Origin: an uncultured Arenicella sp.
GTDB taxonomy: Bacteria; Pseudomonadota; Gammaproteobacteria; Arenicellales; Arenicellaceae
Length of the DNA stretch: 64,000 nucleotides
Direction: 5' to 3'
Assembly: GCA_938048185.1 (NCBI GenBank)
Contig: CALIVT010000011.1
Coordinates: 42,882-106,881 of the forward strand
The position numbers and the translations under genes were made by a program. Positions 57,933 to 64,000 of the stretch are shown in pieces (position 1 is the first letter of the stretch; each line of letters begins with the position of its first letter). The notes beneath the pieces are model-generated. The model ran no database searches. It was not told the origin of the DNA and was given only the letters and a program-made list of their open reading frames with translations.

Positions 57933-58718
57933 ATGCTCCACACTATTTTCAATCGAATACGCGCGATGTTCCATCGGCAAGCGCCTGACCCCATTGTGAT
58001 GAGCTTGGAGCAGAGAGCCTATTTGCAAAGCTCGGTAAGTTTCTATCAACGCCTCGACGCACACGATAAACAGCGTTTTGAGAATCGTTGTATGGCGTTC
58101 ATCAACGCCACTGAAATCGTCGGTCATGACCTAGAGGTTAGCAACCTTGATGAAATACTGATCGCCGCAAGCTCGGTTATTTTAGCCTGGGGCTTTGAAA
58201 GGTGGCATTACGTGAAGGTTGATACAGTTTATCTAGTTTCCGGCTCCTTTAACGACAGCTCTGAATTTCAACGCAGCGACTCCAACATCAGCGGCTTAGT
58301 CGGCACCCATCATTTACGTGGCAAAATGATTCTCAGTCAACCAGCACTGCATCATGGCTTTGCAAATGACAACGACCGACATAACGTCGCCATTCACGAA
58401 TTCGCCCACCTCATCGATATGGCCGATGGTGACATTGATGGCTTACCTAGGCAGCTCGCGAAGCACAGTTATGCCCTGCCTTGGTTGGACTTAGTCGCTA
58501 AAAAAATTCAAGATATTGATAGTGGTAAAAGTGATATCCGACACTACGGCGCAACTAATAATGCCGAGTTTTTCTCGGTAGCGACTGAATATTTTTTCGA
58601 GCAACCAAGAACATTAAAGCGCAAGCATCCTAAGCTTTACCGCGCACTAGAGGACTTCTATCAACAAAACCAGGCAGACCGTCTTCGTGCCGACCGCGAC
58701 GCTAAAAAGGCACTCTGA
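57933..58718 (+). CDS. M90/MtfA family zinc metallopeptidase
   Basis: NVAIHEFAHLID (HExxH), YGATNNAEFFSVATEYFFE. Confidence 0.92.
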   Translation: MLHTIFNRIRAMFHRQAPDPIVMSLEQRAYLQSSVSFYQRLDAHDKQRFENRCMAFINATEIVGHDLEVSNLDEILIAASSVILAWGFERWHYVKVDTVYLVSGSFNDSSEFQRSDSNISGLVGTHHLRGKMILSQPALHHGFANDNDRHNVAIHEFAHLIDMADGDIDGLPRQLAKHSYALPWLDLVAKKIQDIDSGKSDIRHYGATNNAEFFSVATEYFFEQPRTLKRKHPKLYRALEDFYQQNQADRLRADRDAKKAL

Positions 58719-58751
58719 TCGTTCGCTAGCGGCACACCCTAAGCGCGTTGA

Positions 58752-59402
58752 CTATTCGACGCTGACGGCCTCTTTTTCTAATTCTCGTAACACGTTTACA
58801 AAGGACTCCTTGGGTTGCCCACCTGAAACCAAATACTTATTATTAAAAATAAACGCCGGCACGGAAGAAATTCCTTTTTGACTGTGGCCGTATTGCTCGG
58901 CTCTTACCTCATGACTCAGGTCATCGGTGTCAAGCAACTTTTGCGCGTCATCTACTGCCAAACCAACCTCGGCAACGCACGCTAACAGCTCTGCATCGCT
59001 ACTCGGGTTGCCGCCATTTAGAAAATATAAATCAAACAAGGCAAGCTTCAATTCGGTTTGTAGACCAACCTGTTTAGCCCAATGAAGTAAGCGGTGCGCA
59101 TTGAACGTGTTGTACACGCGGCCGTCATCGGGAAAGTTAAATTCGTAACCTTCTTCACGCCCTCTCTCTATCAAGTTTTTGCGGTTTGCTTTTACCTGTT
59201 CGGTACTCAAGCCATATTTTTGCTGAATATGCTCGCCCCGGTCCTGACCTTCGGGGGGCATCTCAGGGTTTAACTCAAACGGCTTCCAAGTTATGTCAAC
59301 CGAGTCGGATAGGTTCATTTCGATAATCGCAGCATTTAGAGCACGATAACCAATGACACACCAAGGACATGACACGTCTGAGATAATTTCTATAGTGTGC
59401 AT
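58752..59402 (-). CDS. DsbA-family oxidoreductase (FrnE-like)
   Basis: ISDVSCPWCVIG, PFELNP, NTFNAHRL, GISSVPAF. Confidence 0.93.
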   Translation of the reverse strand: MHTIEIISDVSCPWCVIGYRALNAAIIEMNLSDSVDITWKPFELNPEMPPEGQDRGEHIQQKYGLSTEQVKANRKNLIERGREEGYEFNFPDDGRVYNTFNAHRLLHWAKQVGLQTELKLALFDLYFLNGGNPSSDAELLACVAEVGLAVDDAQKLLDTDDLSHEVRAEQYGHSQKGISSVPAFIFNNKYLVSGGQPKESFVNVLRELEKEAVSVE

Positions 59403-59405
59403 AGC

Positions 59406-59843
59406 CTACCCCGCTCCGTGTTGTTGAAGCCATTGGGTGAGTTGGGTTAACGACATTGCGCCAGAGGTTCTGGCAAACTCTTTACCTTGTTTAAACAAAA
59501 TCAAGGTGGGGATCGAGCGAATTTGCCAACGCCCAGCCACGGCCTGTTCGTCTTCCGTGTTTAATTTCGCAAGACGTAACTTGGGTTCGAACGTTTGTGC
59601 AGCCTGCTCGAAAATCGGCGCGAAATTGCGACACGGGCCACACCAAGGAGCCCAGCAATCGACCAATACAGGTATCTCGTTATGGTGCAAGGTTGTCGCG
59701 ACATTCGCCGCGGTCAGTTCAATGGGCTTGCCTTGAAACAATGGCTTTTTGCACTTGCCGCATTTAGGTTTATCACCTAACCGTTCGTTAGGAATCCGAT
59801 TAGTCGATTTGCAACTAGGGCAAGAGATATTAGTGGTATTCAT
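59406..59843 (-). CDS. trxC: Thioredoxin 2 (zinc-finger thioredoxin)
   Basis: CPSC...CGKC zinc finger; WAPWCGPC; IRSIPTL. Confidence 0.95.
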   Translation of the reverse strand: MNTTNISCPSCKSTNRIPNERLGDKPKCGKCKKPLFQGKPIELTAANVATTLHHNEIPVLVDCWAPWCGPCRNFAPIFEQAAQTFEPKLRLAKLNTEDEQAVAGRWQIRSIPTLILFKQGKEFARTSGAMSLTQLTQWLQQHGAG

Positions 59844-59866
59844 GGCTTTTTACTTCAGCTGGGGGG

Positions 59867-61066
59867 TTACTTCAATTGGGTTTTTACTCGAATTTCATTT
59901 TCCAGTGTCTTATGCACTGGGCATCGATCCGCAATTTGCAACATGCGCGCCTCTTGTTCGGGGCTCAGCACTCCGTCCAAGCTAATTGCGCGTTGCAAGA
60001 TATCAACCTGACCGCTTTGCTTTTCGCAATCAACACAATCTTCCGCGTGAATCCGATTATGGGTGACACTCACCGATACATTCTTTAAGGCTATTTTCTT
60101 ATGGCGCGCGTACATATTTAAGGTCATGGCAGTGCAACTACCAAGTGCAATACCCAGATAATCGTAGGGCGATGGTCCAAGATTGGTACCGCCCATACTA
60201 ATAGGTTCGTCGGCAAGAAGATGATGACCACTGGCACTTACCTGACACAAAAAGCCTTGCTTAGTTTGCGCGCTAACGTGAACACTGTGGTCTCGCTGAG
60301 GTTTTATAACCGAGGGCTCGATATAGCGCATCGCCCAACTTGCCAGCACTTGCGCTGTATACTGAGAATCCCCCTTATCGCTCAACAAATGATCAGCATT
60401 GTCGAGGCTAACAAAGCTCTTAGGGTGCAGTGCACTGGCAAATATTTTACCGGCCTCATCAATCGACACCGTATTGTCAGTCGGCGAATGCATTACCATC
60501 AATGCCTTGCGCAATTGACGAAAATCAATGTCGTGACCTCGCACGTTGTCGACAAATTCTTGTTTAAAGGTGAATGGCCGGCCCGCTAATTCGATGTTTG
60601 CTGAACCGGCCTGCTCTAATTCATTCAAATGCTCTTCCAACAAATGCAATATATGCGCTGGATTCGACGGTGAACCAATGCTCGCAACCGCATTTGCAGA
60701 TTCAATATATTTGGCCGCGGCCAACATGGCTGTGCCTCCTAAGGAGTGCCCAACCAAAAGCTGTGGAGCGTGATATTCGCGTGCTAAAAAATCAGCCGCA
60801 TCAACTAAGTCATTAATATTGGTAGAGAAATCACTGTCCTTAAAGCTGCCTTTACTGCCGCCTAACCCGGTGAAGTCAAACCGTAGCGTAGCTATTCCTT
60901 GCTGCGCTAAGGTGTTCGAAATGGTAACCGCCGCATTAATACTTTTAGTACATGTGAAGCAATGCGCGAACAACGCATAAGCTATGACGTCGCCATTGTC
61001 AGGCGAATGCAAGGCACCAGCAAGCTCCAGCTCTTGCCGGTTATGAAACTTCAAGTTGGTCTGCAT
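59867..61066 (-). CDS. Bifunctional alpha/beta hydrolase-OsmC protein
   Basis: AHCFTC, RFDFTGLG, GHSLGG, ADHLL in the hydrolase part; GPSPYDYL..ALGSCT...ADRCPVH in the OsmC part. Confidence 0.94.
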   Translation of the reverse strand: MQTNLKFHNRQELELAGALHSPDNGDVIAYALFAHCFTCTKSINAAVTISNTLAQQGIATLRFDFTGLGGSKGSFKDSDFSTNINDLVDAADFLAREYHAPQLLVGHSLGGTAMLAAAKYIESANAVASIGSPSNPAHILHLLEEHLNELEQAGSANIELAGRPFTFKQEFVDNVRGHDIDFRQLRKALMVMHSPTDNTVSIDEAGKIFASALHPKSFVSLDNADHLLSDKGDSQYTAQVLASWAMRYIEPSVIKPQRDHSVHVSAQTKQGFLCQVSASGHHLLADEPISMGGTNLGPSPYDYLGIALGSCTAMTLNMYARHKKIALKNVSVSVTHNRIHAEDCVDCEKQSGQVDILQRAISLDGVLSPEQEARMLQIADRCPVHKTLENEIRVKTQLK

Positions 61067-61160
61067 CTAGGGAATGTCTAAGGATTAGGTTGGCGGATAT
61101 AGTAACAGACCGACCTGCGCAGTCATTAATTACCAAGCAAAGTTGTCAGAATTTTATTTT

Positions 61161-61198
61161 ATTATTGTTTTACAATAAAAAATTATTGTTTTATATTG
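61161..61198. promoter_or_regulatory. Putative tandem operator of the DUF2975/HTH operon
   Basis: Palindrome TTATTG-N5-CAATAA (61162-61178). ATTATTGTTTTA is repeated exactly 21 bp later. Confidence 0.6.
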
Positions 61199-61226
61199 AC
61201 GAATAAGAAAAATTAATGGAGCAACT

Positions 61227-61763
61227 ATGAATTCTATCTCTAAAATCAAAGCACTAAATTCCACCCTATCAATAATTTGCCTGGTCTTAATTTTTGCCCT
61301 ACCTATAAGCGCACTCTATTTTTGGATCAATTTCGAACAGACCGCGCACCTGTTGGAGTTTGCCAAGGGTGGCGCGCTGCAACTGGACACTATTCAACCT
61401 TGGCAAATAATCTCATCCGCCCTATATAGTGTAGGCGCGACTCTTGTGCTAGTTCTCGGACTGTGGAATTTAAGATTATTGTTCAATAACTTTAAACGCG
61501 GCGAATTCTTTGGCGAACCGAGCACGCGGGCGCTGCATGTACTCTCTCAAGTGCTCTTGATAAGCGCCGTATTAAAATGCCTCAGCTCTGCTGTATTGAG
61601 TGTTTTACTCACCTGGAATAATCCGGCAGGGGAAAAGGCGCTTGTGATTTGCTTCGGTTCCAATGAGTTATGGATGCTGTTTATCGCGGCTACCTTTCTA
61701 GCCATCACCTGGACTTTCAAAGAGGGGCAAAAACTCGCCCAAGAAAATGCGGAGTTTGTCTAA
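61227..61763 (+). CDS. DUF2975 family membrane protein
   Basis: Four TM segments, LFNNFKRGEFF, C-terminal EGQKLAQENAEFV; adjacent YozG-like HTH. Confidence 0.88.
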   Translation: MNSISKIKALNSTLSIICLVLIFALPISALYFWINFEQTAHLLEFAKGGALQLDTIQPWQIISSALYSVGATLVLVLGLWNLRLLFNNFKRGEFFGEPSTRALHVLSQVLLISAVLKCLSSAVLSVLLTWNNPAGEKALVICFGSNELWMLFIAATFLAITWTFKEGQKLAQENAEFV

Positions 61764-61766
61764 GCC

Positions 61767-61970
61767 GTGCGTATCATTGTTCACTTAGACGCGATGCTAG
61801 TCACGCGCAAAAAACGCTCGAAAGAGCTCGCAGAATTCGTTGGCATCACCGAACAAAATATTTCACTTCTAAAAACGGGTCGAGTCAAAGGCATACGATT
61901 TAATACCTTGGAGAAAATTTGCGAATTTTTAGAGTGTCAGCCCGGGGATATTTTGGAGTATAAAAAATGA
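61767..61970 (+). CDS. Cro/C1-type HTH regulator (YozG-like)
   Basis: ELAEFVGITEQNISLLKTGRVKGIRFNTLEKICEFLECQPGDIL. Confidence 0.95.
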   Translation: MRIIVHLDAMLVTRKKRSKELAEFVGITEQNISLLKTGRVKGIRFNTLEKICEFLECQPGDILEYKK

Positions 61971-62188
61971 GACTAAAATCTGGCATGCTTCTAATTGTAG
62001 TTTTTCTCATGTCGATTAGCGCCTGCTCTAACAAGAGCATTTATCAAGGAATACAAGCTAACCGCCAAGCCGAGTGCAATAAAGAACCAAACGAAAATGC
62101 GCGCGCTGAGTGCTTAGGTCAGACAAGCCCCAGCTTCGAAACGTATGAACGTGATCGTAAAACACTTATCAAGAGAAACGAACGATGA
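61967..62188 (+). CDS. Small hypothetical lipoprotein
   Basis: Signal peptide with lipobox ISAC; two further Cys; ATGA overlaps on both sides. Confidence 0.75.
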   Translation: MRLKSGMLLIVVFLMSISACSNKSIYQGIQANRQAECNKEPNENARAECLGQTSPSFETYERDRKTLIKRNER

Positions 62189-62832
62189 AATTTTTGATGA
62201 AACCACCTTTTACCAGACTACTTTTGACTCAACGACTAAGGGCAACACGGGCAATCATAAGCCTACTAATCGCAGTTCTGCTTAGCTCCTGCGTCGGCAT
62301 GCCAATAAGCTCGATGTGGAAACTACAGAGTTTTGACCCGCTCGCAGCGAACCCAAGCACTGTTCGGTTAGCCGTTATTACCGACAAAATAGTCAGCCTT
62401 CAAGATAAGTCGATGACGCTTAGTCTAGGCTTTTATTCAGAATTTCCTGAACACAATTTTTCCAGTACTTTTCATGCCACCCTTCAAAAAAACGCCACGG
62501 TAGATGAGTTAAAGAAGTTTAAGCAAACGAACCAACATATTACGCTGTTTTACCTAAGCGACGACGCTGCGTATCAAATGCGCATTGCACAACGCCGTTT
62601 AAGAGAAATTAAAGATCAACAAATTGAAGGCAATAGCGGCCTTAATGTGGGCATTAACACCGGATGTTTCAACGCGCCTAAACCTGATACGTTAAGCGCT
62701 TCTATCTTCGCTCGCTTTAGTGAGGAACAAGGTTATATCAAACTTGGCTCTGGAATAGACCTGCTAGCCGAGGCGCAAAAAAGCGGTGAAAATTTCTGGG
62801 TTGAATGCTCCGATTCACAAGCGCAAACGTGA
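62185..62832 (+). CDS. Hypothetical lipoprotein
   Basis: Hydrophobic stretch ending LLSSC; a Cys pair in the C-terminal half. Start uncertain. Confidence 0.7.
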   Translation: MKFLMKPPFTRLLLTQRLRATRAIISLLIAVLLSSCVGMPISSMWKLQSFDPLAANPSTVRLAVITDKIVSLQDKSMTLSLGFYSEFPEHNFSSTFHATLQKNATVDELKKFKQTNQHITLFYLSDDAAYQMRIAQRRLREIKDQQIEGNSGLNVGINTGCFNAPKPDTLSASIFARFSEEQGYIKLGSGIDLLAEAQKSGENFWVECSDSQAQT

Positions 62833-62835
62833 CGC

Positions 62836-63483
62836 CTATTCTATAGAAGCGAGCCTGTCCAAGGACGCAAGCTTGGCACCAAAGCCGATAAACACAAAAC
62901 CTGTTACAGCCTTCACCCAACGCTGAATACGGCTACTATGCAATGCTCCTGACAAACGGCTAAATAGAATTACCATCGATGAAAACCAGATAAGGTTCAA
63001 CGTTGAATGAATAAACACCAGTTGAAACGCGACGCCAACGGTCTCGCCAGTTTGGGGAATAAACTGGGGAAATACAGCTAGGTAGAACATTGAAACCTTG
63101 GGGTTTAGTCCGCAGGTCAAAACACCTTCGATAAACGCTTTTTTTATAGCGGTTTGTTTCGCCACAGGCCGGGCTTGCTGAACGAAAGGAGTCTCTCGAC
63201 ACGCGCTTCTTAACGACTGAACCCCGATCCAACATAGGTAGATCGCACCGGCGACCTTCAGAAGAAAAAATAATTCAGCGGATTGAATAAGAATGAGCGA
63301 AATTCCTAAAATAGACAACACACCATGGAGATAAAACGCAAGCCCAAAGCCCGCGACATTAGCAAAGCCCGCGACTCTTCCGGACGAAGGAACCGTCTTT
63401 GCAATCAGCAAGCCGTTCGGGCCTGGCGACACGACCAGAAGCATTGCTGCGATGGTGAAACTGAGTAGCTGTGAAATTTCCAT
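62836..63483 (-). CDS. LysE/RhtB family translocator
   Basis: VSPGPN, AGAIYLCWIG, LNPKVSMFYLAVFPQF. Confidence 0.94.
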   Translation of the reverse strand: MEISQLLSFTIAAMLLVVSPGPNGLLIAKTVPSSGRVAGFANVAGFGLAFYLHGVLSILGISLILIQSAELFFLLKVAGAIYLCWIGVQSLRSACRETPFVQQARPVAKQTAIKKAFIEGVLTCGLNPKVSMFYLAVFPQFIPQTGETVGVAFQLVFIHSTLNLIWFSSMVILFSRLSGALHSSRIQRWVKAVTGFVFIGFGAKLASLDRLASIE

Positions 63484-63509
63484 ACTTAAACTTCCATACT
63501 TATCGTTCG

Positions 63510-63725
63510 TTACTTCCAGCCAACTTTCCAGCGCTCTCTATCGTTGAGTTCACGCCAATCGATCGAATAGCTCCGATTGTTAATGACCGCTTCGATCACG
63601 CACTCAATGACACTACCCTGTTCGTCAAACTCGACCTCGGCAATCAAAAAGTGCTTTTCTTTGTAGCTAGGTTGGGTCGCAGTCCACTTACTGTGCAATA
63701 ATTTTTTAGGGCTGAGTTTGGTCAT
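63510..63725 (-). CDS. Trp-rich conserved small protein (TIGR02450 type)
   Basis: KLLHSKWTA...KEKHF...IEAV...IDWREL...WKVGW. Confidence 0.88.
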   Translation of the reverse strand: MTKLSPKKLLHSKWTATQPSYKEKHFLIAEVEFDEQGSVIECVIEAVINNRSYSIDWRELNDRERWKVGWK

Positions 63726-63740
63726 ACTTCCAAGTTCGGA

Positions 63741-64000
63741 TTACGTGCGTGATTTTGTCTTTTTAGCGTGGTTTCGCAGCGCCGCGTCAAACGCAATATT
63801 CGCCCAACGCGCAGCGGCCTCAGGGTCTTCGTAAATTTCTTCGGGCGCGCGATAATAGGACATCTTAATTAACTTTTCTTTAGCGTGAAATTCAAACGCC
63901 TCTAGATCAAGCTCTTCAAACAGTCCAACATTATCGTTGTCGGTCTTTAGAAACAGCTCATCGTCAGCAACTAAGCCAAACATCAAGTCGTTATGGTAAA
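63741..64000 (-). CDS. TfoX/Sxy N-terminal-domain protein, 5' end outside the window
   Basis: Frame stays open to the window edge (..YHNDLMFGLVADDELFLKTD); MSYYRAPEE...WANIAFDAA. Confidence 0.88.
   Translation of the reverse strand, partial: YHNDLMFGLVADDELFLKTDNDNVGLFEELDLEAFEFHAKEKLIKMSYYRAPEEIYEDPEAAARWANIAFDAALRNHAKKTKSRT

Noticed and set aside
605-63701. The many 60-160 aa ORFs antisense to or nested in assigned genes (e.g. 605-928, 7319-7903, 15522-15998, 23296-23736, 30167-30577)
   Set aside because: Shadow ORFs fully overlapping well-supported genes, with Ser/Arg/Cys-rich non-protein-like composition.

Overview
A 64-kb, gene-dense chromosomal stretch from what looks like an aerobic, probably marine gammaproteobacterium (inferred from protein styles; Arenicella-like is only an impression). 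I found no rRNA, tRNA, CRISPR array, IS element or prophage. Contents in order: (1) a partial TonB-dependent receptor missing from the ORF track, then a ~10-kb minus-strand cobalamin-dependent methyl-transfer cluster (MttB-family methyltransferase, RamA-type activase, GFA protein, methyl-THF:corrinoid methyltransferase, MetF plus MetV-like subunit, DUF1638, corrinoid protein) headed by a coupled BBOX-like 2OG dioxygenase and HD diiron protein; (2) clpB, nadC, amidohydrolase, Lrp/PhzF, aqpZ and the rpsP-rimM-trmD-rplS operon; (3) SulP, DoxX, MOSC, cfa; (4) fdsR with fdsGBAC NAD-linked formate dehydrogenase, two FdsR-type boxes and no fdsD; (5) a TonB receptor next to a TPR-sulfotransferase; (6) a tight DUF819, 2OG oxygenase, ribokinase, nucleoside hydrolase, thymidine kinase, flavin reductase operon; (7) assorted accessory genes, including an orphan AbiEi antitoxin, a desaturase with an atypical His box, a redox operon and a DUF2975/HTH operon with a visible operator. 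The best candidates for undescribed biology are the oxygenase-fed corrinoid demethylation system, whose three corrinoid-partner enzymes all carry poly-Arg tails facing a very acidic corrinoid protein, and a possible bacterial deoxynucleoside 2'-hydroxylase salvage operon. Family assignments come from motif recognition; no database searches were run.
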